Shown piece by piece: positions 45,365 to 59,056 of a stretch of DNA of 64,000 nt (positions within the stretch are counted from its first letter, which is position 1; each line of letters opens with the position of its first letter). This DNA is from Amoebidium appalachense. Lineage: Eukaryota; Protista; Ichthyosporea. The notes under the pieces are model-generated. The model had not been told where the DNA came from. It searched no databases and saw only the letters and a list, made by a program, of their open reading frames with translations. Location: positions 7,382,001 to 7,446,000 of the forward strand of contig CAVNZM010000012.1 in assembly GCA_963693365.1 (NCBI GenBank). The letters are read 5' to 3'. Made by a program: the position numbers and the translations under genes.

Positions 45365-46541
45365 CGGTTTGGTCCGACACCTGTGGGGTTGGTTCCCACT
45401 TGTCGCTTACGGGGTCGTATGCACGACCTTCCGCCAGCGCGAACAGTTCGCAGAAGAGCTCGATTTCCATCTCGCATCGGCGTTTGCGCTCGAGCAGTTT
45501 CTCACCAGAAAACATTGGTTCCTTCGTGTCCGTGTCTATCACGCTCGTAGCATCGTTTTCCAACTTTGCGAGGAACTCTTTTGCCTTGCTGATGCGTACA
45601 CGACAACGTGTGGCGCACGCATTCTTAGCAGACACTTTACGTTCTTTGTCTGCTTTCTGAATGTTTTCCGGCGCGCATGGGTCGTAGCTTGGGAGGTGGG
45701 TGAAGAAGCTTCCACACCCCTTTGTCGCGTCACGGATGAACGCACGGTTATAGTCGCCCCGTACTGCTACTTCCAGCACATCGTATCCAATGAAGGACAG
45801 ACAAAGGATGCGAGAGCACCGGAAGCCGAGAGCCTTGAAGATGGACCACATGGCCCTGTGTGGGCGTCTGCCGTGCTTGACTTTGAAATACACCCTCTCG
45901 TATTTGGGTGGGATGTTGATGTTACCGTTTGCTTGGGTGTTCCCCTTAGCCGGCGGGTTGGGAGGGGAGTTGCGGCGGTACTCGTTGCCTGCAAGAATGC
46001 TGGCATATGTTTCCTTGGCAATTTGGCGGAGCTCGGGTGTTTTACGAGAGTTCGCATATTCTAGGAACTCTGCCGGGAGCTGTGCTTCCGGTCCTGTGTT
46101 GTTTTGTGTTGGGGTGGAAATGTCTCCGTCGCGAGATGTTTGCTCATGAGTTTTGGGGTTTTGCGATCCACTAATGTTTAGCTGGGCTGTGAGTGAATCA
46201 ATGGTGAGCTTGAGTTGGGTATTTTCTGTTTGGAGTTTTTCTATCATGTTCTTGAGTGGTAACAGCTCATTTAGCTGTTTCTTAACGAGGGCAAGTTCTG
46301 CCAGTACTGTATCAACCGAAAGTTTCGGCATGGTTGTTATTGTGTTTCTACGGAGTGGTGTGGTGTTATTCTGAATGGGTAGTGTATTGTAAATAGGTGT
46401 TGCGCTTAGTCTAAGGCGATGTTTTTCTGGTTGTGCATCTGTGGTAGGTGTATCTGCTGGACGTTTTAATGGTCGCACATGTGTGATGGGTGTAGATGGA
46501 ACTTTGAAAGAGGTTCTGAAACGATTATAGGCATGTGCCAT
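45357..46541 (-). CDS. LINE ORF1 (394 aa, coiled coil), overlapping ORF2 by 8 nt
   Basis: Long ORF directly upstream of ORF2; heptad region LAELALVKKQLNELLPLKNMIEKLQTENTQLKLTIDSLTAQL; ATGCCTAA start/stop overlap. Confidence 0.9.
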   Translation of the reverse strand: MAHAYNRFRTSFKVPSTPITHVRPLKRPADTPTTDAQPEKHRLRLSATPIYNTLPIQNNTTPLRRNTITTMPKLSVDTVLAELALVKKQLNELLPLKNMIEKLQTENTQLKLTIDSLTAQLNISGSQNPKTHEQTSRDGDISTPTQNNTGPEAQLPAEFLEYANSRKTPELRQIAKETYASILAGNEYRRNSPPNPPAKGNTQANGNINIPPKYERVYFKVKHGRRPHRAMWSIFKALGFRCSRILCLSFIGYDVLEVAVRGDYNRAFIRDATKGCGSFFTHLPSYDPCAPENIQKADKERKVSAKNACATRCRVRISKAKEFLAKLENDATSVIDTDTKEPMFSGEKLLERKRRCEMEIELFCELFALAEGRAYDPVSDKWEPTPQVSDQTDA

Positions 46542-46867
46542 GACATGGATGGGGGTGTTCCCCGGCCCTTAGGGCCACGGATGGCCTGGTTTAGGGGTGG
46601 ATGCGCGAAGGATACTATTTATTAGCAGATAATAAAGAGCGACATTTGAATCGATGTGTGCGACTGAATCGATGTGTGCGACTGAATCGATGTGTGCGAC
46701 TGATATGGCCCCAGTCACACTGAGAGTGGTACGTGTAACTTAGTAGAACGTGTATTCGTGTATGTTTGTAGCCCCACTATATTGATGAATAAATAAGGGA
46801 TGATGCATTCAAAACCGTGCAAGAATACCCAATACACATATAGCTTCAGGCCGGTTCTAGATCTGAA

Positions 46868-48135
46868 ATATAGTATGATCTGAAAATTTTGTCCAATGCA
46901 AATCGTTATCGCTCCCAATTTGGAAAGTGACTTTCGGGCCAAAAAGCTACCTAATCGGATCGCTAAAACGGTTTGGGTCTCTGCACGGTAGTATACCTGT
47001 GACTACTGAACCGGCCCGTATGAAAGGGATAGATATACGCGGCAGCGTTTTGATTCCTTTGCCAACTTCATGCCGAGTGAAGGGAGTACTTGCTTGTGTA
47101 CTTACCCCCCCAAAATGAAAATTTTTGTGTTTTTCAATTTAAAGGTTTGGGCATTTCAGGGGCTGAACATTAGCATATATATGAATGACAGTGTATGCGC
47201 GCAGCGTGCATGCTTTGGTGTCATCGATTGCATGATCATGAACACATATCCGGTTTATTTTGTTGTCAAAAAAAAGCATAAGCTATCTCTAATATATAGT
47301 AAGCTATGAAGCCCAAATATGGAACGACACCCCTCAAACAACAGTTCTTTTTATCAAAGAGCACCCCTATTTCTGGTGTTATCTCTGATCCACACCCGCG
47401 CCGCTATCTGCATGCGGAGCTTATGCCCCAGTGTATATACAAGATTCAATTGACAATTAGTACGCGTTATTGGCGGCGCGGGCCCGGACCCGGCCCGGCC
47501 CGCCGTTCTACACGCTGAACCCTTGTTAGCCCCAAAAAGTGACCTTTAGATCCATGCGCAGCTGCCTTATATAGTATGATCTGAAACTTTTGTTCAATGA
47601 AAATCGTTATCGCTCCCAATTTGGAAAGTGACTTTCGGGCCAAAAAGCTACCTAATCGGATCGCTAAAACGGTTTGGGTCTCTGCACGGTAGTATACCCG
47701 TGACTACTGAACCGGCCCGTATGAAAGGGATAGATATACGCGGCAGCGTTTTGATTCCTTTGCCAACTTCATGCCGAGTGAAGGGAGTACTTGCTTGTGT
47801 ACTTACCCCCCCCCCCAAATGAAAATTTTTGTGTTTTTCAATTTAAAGGTTTGGGCATTTCAGGGGCTGAACATTAGCATATATATGAATGACAGTGTAT
47901 GCGCGCAGCGTGCATGCTTTGGTGTCGTCGATTGCATGATCATGAACATATATCCGGTTTATTTTGTTGTCAAAAAAAAAGCATAAGCTATCTCTAATAT
48001 ATAGTAAGCTATGAAGCCCAAATACGGAACGACACCCCTCAAACAACAGTTCTTTCCATCAAAGAGCACCCCTATTTCTGGTGTTATCTCTGATCCACAC
48101 CCGCCGCTATCTGCATGCGGAGCTTATGCCCCAGT
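46868..48135. repeat. Tandem ~670-700-bp duplication, possibly a non-autonomous Helitron on -; the first copy is split by the LINE
   Basis: 46868-47433 matches 47569-48135, and 41720-41828 matches 47470-47578. On -, a GC hairpin (gcgggcc...ggcccgc) is followed shortly by CTAA|T at 47460-47456. Confidence 0.8.
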
Positions 48136-48675
48136 CCCCCAGGAGGTAGACCGCAGGACCTCTTTGTAATATAGCAGCGTTCCCGAATATATCTAGAATC
48201 TGAAGAGCCTATACAAATATACCATATATGGCTATTCCTATCTCTAATACCATTGGTCTAGAACGCAGTCTAAAACTAACCATATTTAGTCTATTACACA
48301 CTAATACTATGGTTGATAGTAGTCATACATGACATCACGTTCACGTAATCCCACCCCCCCCCTCCTCCCCCCACCCCCCACCCTCATTTTTTTTTTTTTT
48401 TTTGGCCCCCCTGTGAAACCACGGCCAATTAAAACAGTTTTTACTGACACACGCAACCGTTGAACGCATGCATGTAGCCAGAACTTTGGGAACATTGCGA
48501 GATGCGAACAAAACGGAAAAGGATGGTGAAGGTGAACTGTTGTGTGCCGTGTTTCTTTGAAATGAGGGAGAGTATCAATATTGGGGGCGTGACTGGATTG
48601 GGTGCGTGGCTGCGTGGGTGAGAAGGGGGGGAGGGGGGAAGCGGGGAAGATAGAAGAATAAACAAACAAGAGTTT

Positions 48676-48706
<31 letters not shown>

Positions 48707-48784
48707 GGGGGGGGGGAGAAGAGAGTAGAAACAGAAGCATGTGCTTTTGTGTTTAATATTCTTTGTGACGGGGGAGGAGACAAA

Positions 48785-48822
<38 letters not shown>

Positions 48823-48892
48823 TATGTGTAGTTATAGTGCATGCGTTCAAAGAGCAAATGGTGTAGGGGCTTGCTTGGAAGACAAGGTTTTT

Positions 48893-48936
<44 letters not shown>

Positions 48937-49397
48937 GAAGAAGGGATTTCACACCAAACCGCTTCCCTGAGCCGTTCGTGTGCAGTGCACTTGATCGCTA
49001 ACGCTTGCCACTTTTAATTTTGAATCCCGCTCTACCGTTTATCACATAAATATGTAAGAGAAAGTGAGAACCTCGGACCGAACTGTTCCATAACCACAGT
49101 AGCATGTTATGTGAAACCATATGGCCTCTGAGTAATAAACATATGATAACCAGATGTGCCAACCGTGTCACTTCCCCCCCTCCCCCTCCCCCCCCCTCCC
49201 CCCCCTCCCCCCCCCCCCTCCCCCACCCCCCCCCCCAAAAAAAAGCCTCCTTACTCCTTCTCTAAAACCCTTTCCCCAATATCCCATTCCCCTTCACCCC
49301 AAAATCCCCAAACGTTGCAAACAACTGGCCCATGTACCTCTTCTAAATACTGGCAAAGGCCATTTCCTTTCATCGATCCTGCTAAGCACACAAGCAA

Positions 49398-49871
49398 TCA
49401 GAGCTCGTTACCACCAATAAACAAATGTGCCTTCAGAAGACTCGGCATTTTCTCTTTCCCAGTGTATCGCCCGACACGAAGACCGTAAAATTCACAAAGA
49501 TTTATCAGGTGCCCTTCATCCAATTCGATCAGACCTCTGAGCGTCTTAGGGAAGCTCTTCGGATAATCCTCGGCAGAATTAGGGAGTGGTCTGATCGGAG
49601 ACTCACCATCCTTCGCCAACACGTTTACAGTTCTGACATCGAGAGCGCTCACATGAAGTGCCAGTTTGTCGATTTTCTTATCAATATTTATTCCATCGAT
49701 TTTCTTATTTAATTCATCAAACCCTGCTAGCATGATCCTCTCCATGTTCTGTGCCCATGCTGGTTTTGCCTCGTCAGCATGCGACTGCTCACTCGTTACC
49801 CGAAGATGCGCACTAGTATATTCCATCATGGGCAAATGTTCGTTTGACACCTGTGGCCGTTGCCGTTTCAT
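49398..49871 (-). CDS. Mug135-like C-terminal domain protein with a short coiled coil
   Basis: PAWAQ, coiled coil, then N...IRPLPN..DYPKSFPKTLRGLIELD..LINLCEFYGL...LFIG, the pattern I recognise for Mug135_C/DUF1773; upstream exons are possible. Confidence 0.7.
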   Translation of the reverse strand: MKRQRPQVSNEHLPMMEYTSAHLRVTSEQSHADEAKPAWAQNMERIMLAGFDELNKKIDGINIDKKIDKLALHVSALDVRTVNVLAKDGESPIRPLPNSAEDYPKSFPKTLRGLIELDEGHLINLCEFYGLRVGRYTGKEKMPSLLKAHLFIGGNEL

Positions 49872-50119
49872 CCTTACGGTAGCTTTCCACTCAACGTTTC
49901 CAGGGTGAGCTCTAGGCTAGCGCTATAGGCAGGCACAGCCTGTGGGAACGAACAAGTCTGCATGCGCAAGTGCGAAGAATCCCGCGGGATTTTTGATGAC
50001 TCTAGTCTTTGCTTGCTAAACAGCCATGCAAATACCACGCACGGCAAAGTACAATCACAAAGTTCAAGCCTGCTAGGCTTGCCCCAGGCAGTGTCCACAG
50101 CAATAACTAGTGCATCTCA

Positions 50120-50162
<43 letters not shown>

Positions 50163-50261
50163 AGAAAAAAAAATAAAAAGAAAGAAAGAAAAAAGAAAAA
50201 GAAAAGAAAATAGAACCACCACCACGAGCACTCGCAATAGCATACAGACACACACACACGT

Positions 50262-50299
<38 letters not shown>

Positions 50300-50393
50300 A
50301 CACACACTACGTAGTACACGCACACATTTTTATTACAATAGTAGACCGCGTACAGCCTGTTGATGCCACATATCGGATTGACAAGCCCGTCCC

Positions 50394-50424
<31 letters not shown>

Positions 50425-50784
50425 CACCCCTCCCCCCCACCCACCCCGGAGACCGTGACCCACTCGTCCCACCCCCAGCACCCCATCCACCCACACACAC
50501 AAAAACAAACAAACAAGCAAACAAACAAACAAACAAAAAAATTAAAAATTAAAAAAACACCACCATGTGCACCTTTTTGGTTTGCACACACGTGTACGTG
50601 CGCGAGCGCGCGGATCCGGACATACCCACACAAACACCTTTTATTATAATAGCTGCACCCTATAGTGTTGCATTATGATTGATGGGTGGTGGCAATATTA
50701 AGCGGCGCTTTCCCGACCCTTCCCCCCCCCCCCCCCCCCCCCCCCCCCCTGCCGCAAAAAAAAAAAAAAAAAAAAAAAAAAAGG

Positions 50785-50815
<31 letters not shown>

Positions 50816-51464
50816 GAAAAGAAAGGGCAAAAAAAAAGAAAAGAAAAGGGAAGAAAAGAAAAATCTTTGCACTTTTCAAACCGCATAACATGCCATCGAT
50901 CAAGGTGCGATGCACACCGCAGCTTTACATGTGACCGAGTTTGGAGTGACCAAACCCAAACGATTTTTAAACTGTTGCATAGTACCATAAAACTATGTAA
51001 TCAAAGAAAACCGAAGAAAAACTCATCCGAAAAACATTTATTGGGCTCGTACGCATGTTGTCGATCAACCCTTCAATGATCAATTTAAAATTGTAGTATT
51101 CTGGAGGTGAACCAGCACCTATCGCTGCAGTTGAATGAAAGCTCAAGTCTCAGGGTCACTTGGCCAACACGAAGCATTATTAGATATGGAGGAAGGAATA
51201 TTTGGATAGATGACAATATTTACAGTCGACAACGAATAGGAATATCTATAATGAAGCAGTGGGATAATTACAGCCTACAGTTTACAGGGATATCCTAACG
51301 GGGAGAGATCTAGTGCTACTTTAATATCAACAATCACAAACCAGATCTCCATGGCGAATCGAATCAGCACATTGCATGTATAAGCCTCAAAATATGCAAC
51401 ATGCTTAAAGCGGATTATTGCAGCTGGGGTTAACGTTGCCTAACTTGTTTAACTGTCAACTGTC

Positions 51465-51606
51465 TTAAAGCACCAGAGAACAAAGGTTCAAGCTTGTTGT
51501 GATAGATCCCTTGTTCCGGCCGTGGCCCTCGGTCATATCCTCAGACATTCCAGCCGCAAAGATGATGTAGGTCTCACCCGTCAGCTGGGAAAAAATATCA
51601 TCAGTA

Positions 51607-51648
<42 letters not shown>

Positions 51649-51823
51649 GAAGGAAAGAGAGAAAGAAAGAAAGAAAGAGCTACAACCTGAAGGCATTGCA
51701 TGACAAAAACATTCCTAATTTGGTAACAATAAATCAAAATCAAAAGAAGATCACATGGGAAAAAAAAGAAAAGAAAATGGAACAGCTTCATGCTGGGGTG
51801 TCTGATGCCCCGGGGCGTCTGAT

Positions 51824-51864
<41 letters not shown>

Positions 51865-53529
51865 AAAAAAAAAAAATGAAGAAGAAGAAGGCCCACACAA
51901 ACACATCCGCCCCCGTCATGGGGAAAGAGGGGGCAGGGAGGAAGGGACGGGAGGGGAGCAGGGAGGAGGAGGGGGTGGTGGTGGTGGTGGTGGGTGGGTG
52001 GGTGGGTGGGTGGGGCAGGGGGGGGAGGGGAGGTTGGGGTTGATAAAGTCACGGCGGAAATTTTCAACAAGAAGGAGGGTTAAAAGTTAGATGGGCTCAC
52101 AAAAGCATATACAAACTAAGGGGTTGCATACCTTGGCGTATTCGTTGGGGCCTGGCACGATGGTACGCTCAAAAGCAAGAATGGTGTGGCCACCCGTGAC
52201 CGCTACATCCCCTTGCTTGACCAGTGATTGGTTGTCCTGGGGGTGCATTACGTAAGTCGGTGATCTCTGCCGATAAAGAGGGGTAAGGAATGACAACACT
52301 TCCCCCTTGTCTGGTTTGACGAAGATGGTACACGATCTGTTTTGAGGCTTACAGAACACGTGTACATTTTTTGGAGACCCGCACACGCACGCAAACTGTG
52401 ATGAGCACGCACGCACGCACGATATTTTATAGTGCCAAGCAACGATAGTGGAATAGAGGTCTCCAGGTACATTGGCCATGTTTGTGAGCCCGCTCACACC
52501 CGTCCCTCATCCTTCTCCTCCCCCCAACTTCCCCCTTTTGTTTTCTCCTACCTTCTTTGTGACGCCAGAGTACGCATGGCCGGTGAGTTCGTATTCGCTG
52601 ATATTGCCTGTGCTCAGTTTGCCGATTATGGCCGTAGCCGGCACCATGCTGTCCTCCATCTCACTGAAGCCAACGGCAAACCTGTACGGAGGAAGAATAC
52701 ATCATAATACGTCAGACTAGATAAGAATACGTTGGAATATGGAATGTGATGCAATATATGTAGGGTAGGGGTGACATCACTGAGCCCAACTGCAAGCATG
52801 TCTGGTGGCAGAATACATCAGAATCCTTCAGATAAGATAAGAATACGTTGGAACATGGGGCTTAGTGCAATGTGTAGGGTAGGGGTGACATGTGAATTAT
52901 GGGGGAGAGAATAACTCAGAAGGCGTGCTGGTTTGATGCTACATGTAGAGTAGGGGTGACATGTGAATTATGGGTTCATGGGACGGGTCACTGCAAGTTC
53001 GAGCGAATAAACATAACCACAGGCCAGGTTATCTTCCACTGTAGGTCTATATTCGATAAGAAACATAAAAACTTAAAAAAACCGGTGGCTGTGTGCATTT
53101 CTACAAAGGGCGAAAGAGAAAGCCATGAAGGAAAAAGGGAATTGAGGAGAAAAGAGGAGAAATAAGAACGGGTTGGGGATGGGGCTCGGGCTGGGGCTAG
53201 GGAAGGGGGAATGGGAGGAGGGGGGGGTGGAGGAGGAAAGTGAAGGAAAAGGAAAGGGGGAAGGGAAGGAGAGGGTGGGTTGTGGTGGTGGAGGAGGAGG
53301 AGGAAGGGGGGGGGGGGGGGGGGTTGAAAACACTATAAAGCACGAAGTACACATAAACACAATGCAGATTGCCAACCAGACATGAAGAGTATGCATAATA
53401 AGGAGAGCCCATCCTCAGGGAGGGCCTACGGTGGTGGTGGTAGTGGTGGTGGTGGTATGAGCGTGTGTGTATGTGTCTGTGTGTGCGTGTGTGTGTGTGT
53501 GTTGGTTGGTTGGTTGGTTGGTTGGTTGG

Positions 53530-53569
<40 letters not shown>

Positions 53570-53888
53570 GGTTGCTTACCACCCGGCTGCCGACTGGTTA
53601 TAATCCACCAGCATCCTAATGGTGTCATTATGGAAGGCCCAAGCAAAGGTGAGGCCATATTTAGTGGTGATGTTGCTAATAATAGTACCATTGCTTTTTG
53701 CGCAAATATATGAGAAAACGCCGGATTCAGCCCCCGGGAAATTCGTGAGCGAAATTTGGGGTCTGACCAATGAGCAGAGGCTCATGCTGCTCACGTGACT
53801 ACCTCCTGCAATGACGGTTTCGCCCTCGCCCAGTGCGTATATTGGGTAGATGGTGCCCGTGGCCTGCACATGTACGTGTGTGTGTGTG

Positions 53889-53929
<41 letters not shown>

Positions 53930-54019
53930 ACGTGTGTGTGTGTGTGGAGGGGGTATGGAGGGGGGGTGAGTGTGAGTGTGAGTGTGAGTGTGAGTGTGAG
54001 TGTGAGTGTGAGTGAGTGA

Positions 54020-54056
<37 letters not shown>

Positions 54057-54367
54057 GGTATGAGAGAGATGGGGATGACCTGGGTCAGGGGATGTCCAGG
54101 AAGGGGAAGGGGGTACGTGTAAGGGTGCACCTAGTATCACAAAAGGTACTGTCCAAGACGTCGTGCACGTGCGCGTTCACAAAAGCAAAGGTATTTGCAG
54201 GCCTCATTTTTACTGCCGGAGAGGGGGGTGGGTAGGAGGGAGGGCTGATGGGTGAGTGGCGGATGTGTGTGGATGGAACTTTATTTTCTTTTCTTTCTTT
54301 TCTTTCTATTTTTTTTTCCTTCTTTTTTCTTTCTTTCTTTTTCTTTTTTTTTTTTTTTTTGGGCCCG

Positions 54368-54438
<71 letters not shown>

Positions 54439-55351
54439 ATATGTCTGTTGTACATGCCTGAGTGTTGTGAAAAGGTAGGAAGGGAGGGAAAGCGGAATTC
54501 GGGCAGAGAGAGAAGCCACTCAATAAACGAGGGGGGCAGGGGAGAGTTTATAGGGGGAGCTGCATATATCGGTGGATGGGTGAGGAGGTGAAGGGGGGAG
54601 CGGGGGGAGAGGGGGGGGGGGGGGGGGGGGGGGGGACAAGTGTTTGTGTTATGTTGTGTGTGAGGGATATGCTAATTACATTGATGTAGTCAGTTCCGTT
54701 GGTTCCATTGGTCAGGCGACGGGAGAAGGTGAGGGTGGTCATATTGGCGGTGGTGGTGATGTTGGCCTTGAGAAGGTGGCTCTGGTCCGCCTGTGTGTGT
54801 GTGTGTGTGTGTGTGTGTGGTTGTTTTGTAAGATGTGAGGGGACAACAAAATGTCACGAAAAAAGGCTCTCGGTAGAGCCGGGAAACAAAAAATGCGCGC
54901 ACACATCCGAGCCGATGGGCATTCAATGTAATTTGTGGAAACGGATTAGAACCCCCATGGGCAAAATTTTCCACCTTCCACATGGAATAGTTTGCATGCA
55001 TACTATACATCTACATTACATATAAAATAGTTGTGAAATAGTTATACCATACTTGTTTATATTATAGAATAGTAAAGTGTATGATTTTGCCTCACCTTGG
55101 GTACTGCTGATGATGGGCTGGCGCCGTTCAGTGAAGCTTCCACGACCTTCTGTGACGTCACGTTACCGATGAAAACGGTCGATGGGTACATGCTGTCGGC
55201 AGAGGATGCAAACCCAACTGCAAACCTGTGTGTCGTGTGCATGTGTGTGTGAGTGTACGTGTGTATACGGAGTGTAAGTGTGTGTGCGTGTGTGTGAGTG
55301 TGTGTGTCTGTGCATGAGTATGTGTGTACACATAGTTTTTTTTTTTTTTTT

Positions 55352-55398
<47 letters not shown>

Positions 55399-55560
55399 GG
55401 ATGTGTTACAGAGTACGAAGTACACATTCACAACGAACAACACAATGCAAACAACACAATGCAGATCGCAAATGTGGATGGGGGGATGGTGCCCAAATAA
55501 CATTAAGGAGGCAAGAAGAGGCTTCGGAAGTGGAATAAAAGATTTGTGCGTGTGTGCGTG

Positions 55561-55602
<42 letters not shown>

Positions 55603-56385
55603 ATAAAATACCAATCCTTGGCAGTCTGATTGATGGTGACGGTTGCTTCGAGGGTGCCGTTGCTCACTTTCCACGTGTACGTCACCCCTTCATTGGTTGC
55701 TATGGTGGTGACGTGATCGCCGTTGCCAACGCTGCACGTGTGCGACGCTATTTTTGGCGTACCGGGAAAGTACGTCAGGTTGACGGGCGGGCGGTACTTT
55801 GTGCACAAATCGATTTGCGTTTTGTATTTGGAAAATTTGTCGTTTTGGGCCGGGAGGGAGGTGGCATTGTCTCCGAACGCAAGGAGGAGGGTGACTGGAC
55901 CAGATGGCTGCAAATCCGGAATTTGGATTTTAGTTTCCGGTATTTTAAGTTATAGTGAGAGCGAGGATGTGCATTCAAGAGGGGTTAGGGTGAAAGAGTA
56001 GGTTTTTTTTGTAAAGGTGTGCGGACGTGTAGAGGGGAAGGGCTTAATATGCGGGAAACTGAGCAAAGTGCCAAGTATGAACTTGAAAACATGGGGCACG
56101 TGGGATACCAATTGGATGGGCGGTGCTCCTCAGTGTGGTTGAATAAGGATTTTTGGTGTAGGGAGTGTGTGAGATGAGAAGAGAGGGGGAGGGGGGGGGG
56201 GGGGGGGGAGGGGGGGGGCATAGGAGGCCTTGAAAAACATACTGGTAGGGGCAAGTGATCCACAATATCCCCCCAAGTTCTAATCAATTCAACCCTCGTT
56301 TCTTTGAGATTTCGACTCATTTGACGTGCATGCGTGGGTGTGGTGGCGGCGGTGGTGGTCGGGGGCCACTGGGAGTGTTTTTTTT

Positions 56386-56416
<31 letters not shown>

Positions 56417-56687
56417 GGGGGGGGGTTTGATTGCGGAACACGGTACGAAGTACACATACACGAAGGACACATGCCAAGACAAACATTCAAGTATGCAACA
56501 TCAGCCATGCGCACAGTATGTGTCATAAGCAGAGCCCATCCTCAGGGAGGGCCCAAGTCATCAATTGGGGGGATGGAGCGGGTGTCTGTGTGTGTGAGAA
56601 GAGAATGTGTGTGTGTGTGTGTGTGTTTGTTTGTGCACGCGCGGGGGGGGGGGGGGGGGGGGGGGGGGGTTGGAGGAGGTGGTGGTG

Positions 56688-56732
<45 letters not shown>

Positions 56733-56881
56733 GAGGGGGGGAATACCCTGATGAATGTGTCTGTATTGCTGAGAGTACGAACAAACGTGAGGGTGGTGGT
56801 GTTGGTGCTGGTAGAGATGTTGCCCTTCACAAGGAGTGTCTGGTTGAGGGCCTGTGTGTGAATTTGGTTAGTTTGATGTGT

Positions 56882-56934
<53 letters not shown>

Positions 56935-57525
56935 TGGGTGTAAGTGAGTGTGTGTGTGTGTGTGTGTATTTCTGTGTGTGTGCTTGCGTGTTTGGGTGTA
57001 AGCACACGTGTTCGTGTACTTGTACGTGTGATCAGTTCAGTAGGGCATTGTGGGGTACTTGGTAGGGGGAAGATCCATGTTCGAGTGAGCACACCGAGTG
57101 TGTGTATGCTTTTGCGTATATGTGTGTGGGTGGGGGGAGAGAGAAGGAGAGAGAACGCGAGAGGGAAGTGAAAGGAACCGCTTCCGGCAAACTGTGGGTG
57201 TCCTCCCCTCTCCCCCTACACCAACACTACGACTAGCCCGATGTTTGCTCATAGTTTCGGGGCAGGTCCCTATATCCATCTATCCTCCCCCCAGCCCCCC
57301 CCCCCCCCCCCCCCCCCTGGACACACACACCCACCCACACGAATGAGGACGAGGGGAAAGGGGGGGGGGGGGGGGGGGGGGGGGGGGAATCGCGTACCTT
57401 TTGAACGCCTGCATTTCCTGTTCCACCCAACACATATTCCTCTACCAACCCGTCACTAACTGTCCCAATAAAGGCCTCGGCAGAAAACATGTTGCCTATC
57501 TCCCCAGTGAACCCAATGGCAACCC

Positions 57526-57559
<34 letters not shown>

Positions 57560-57650
57560 TGTGTGTACAACGGAGAGAGGGAAGAGAGGGAGTGTGAGTG
57601 TTAGTGGACGTGTGGATGTTCAATTTGTGTGTATTGGTGCGTGTGCAACA

Positions 57651-57689
<39 letters not shown>

Positions 57690-58302
57690 TCGGTAGTGGA
57701 GTGGCTTGAGGGAGACGGGGGGGGGGGGGGGGGGGGGGAGGGGGGGGGGCGGGCGGGGGTAGGAGAGAAGGCAGGGTGCCCACTGATGGTCTTGTTCTCC
57801 TGTCCCAAATTTTCCTCTTTCCCCCTAGCTTCCCATTCTTCGTCTTTTTCTTTCTCTCCTCTCTCCCCCTCCCTCTCTCTCCCTCTCGCCTCTCCTTCCG
57901 TTAGTGGCGAACACTGGTGGTGTGTGCGGGCTCGAGCGCGCACGCACGCATGTGTGCATGTGTGCATGTGGGTGTGTGAATGAGTCAGTGAGTGAGTGAG
58001 TGGCTGAATGAGTGTGCATGTGTGCGTTGTCAGGTGAAGCGGGGGGGAGGGGAGGGTTGAATGCGCTATAAAGTACGAAGTACACATACAACGGGGGGGG
58101 GGGGGGGGGGGGGGGGGGTTGAATGCGTCATAAAGTGCGAAGTACACAAGAACAACGGATAACACGATGCAGAGTGCAAACCACACATAAAGAGTATGCA
58201 TATTAAGCAGAGCCCATCCTTAGGGGGCGGCACGTCATCCACAATACCTGTGTTTCGACCCATTCACCTCGTTCACAAACCCCAACCCAGATACTGTTTC
58301 AC

Positions 58303-58350
<48 letters not shown>

Positions 58351-58978
58351 GGGAAAGGAGGAGGGGAGGAGGCACACCATCCTTTCACAGCAGACGGCAC
58401 AACTACGGTGAAGTGGAGGTCCGAACCTTTAATCGTCCAATTCATGTTGGCTCCGTTAAGTGTTTGGATCGACGAAGTCACCAGTCCATCGTTAAAGGTG
58501 CATTTGTGAGACGTGACGTTTGGGGTACCCGGATATGACGTAAGAGAGACGGTTTGATTGGTTGATTTAGAAATTGTGGGCATGGGTTTGGTTGTGTAGG
58601 TAGGTGTAGTTGTGGGTGAGGGGGTGGGGATGGGTGAGGACTCGGATTTTGTTGCAGGGGTCGCTTCAAATACTGCCGCTGAAATTGGAGTGGCAGTGGA
58701 GGAGGGGGTTTTTTCTTCCGCGGCGGGTTTTTTTGTGGTGGTGGTGGTAGTTTCGGTGGTTTTTGCGGGTTTTTTCGTGGTAGTGGTGGGGGCTGGGGTG
58801 GCGTCAGGGACGGCAGGTGAATCTGCGGCCGCTACAGGAACGGGAGCGGTTTTTGTTTGGGCGGCGCATTTATCGATGCTCACTTTGAATGACCCGGCCC
58901 GACCCGAACCCAAATGGCCCATTGAGAATTCGGTGCTGCTACTGTAGGCGTAAATCAGGTTGGCTGATCCTGTGAGCT

Positions 58979-59056
<78 letters not shown>

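Larger units (their letters stand above)
41829..46867 (-). mobile_element. Full-length intact LINE (APE endonuclease + RT, two ORFs)
   Basis: Flanked by a 10-bp direct repeat atatagtatg (41819-41828, 46868-46877), with the uninterrupted target at 47561-47587. Triple 18-bp repeat at 46647-46703 near the 5' end; (CA)n and an A-tract after ORF2. Confidence 0.9.

Noticed and set aside
46704-46714. Copia-type PBS (tatggccccagt; also ttatgccccagt at 47421 and 48124)
   Set aside because: Imperfect match and no adjacent TG...CA LTR or PPT.
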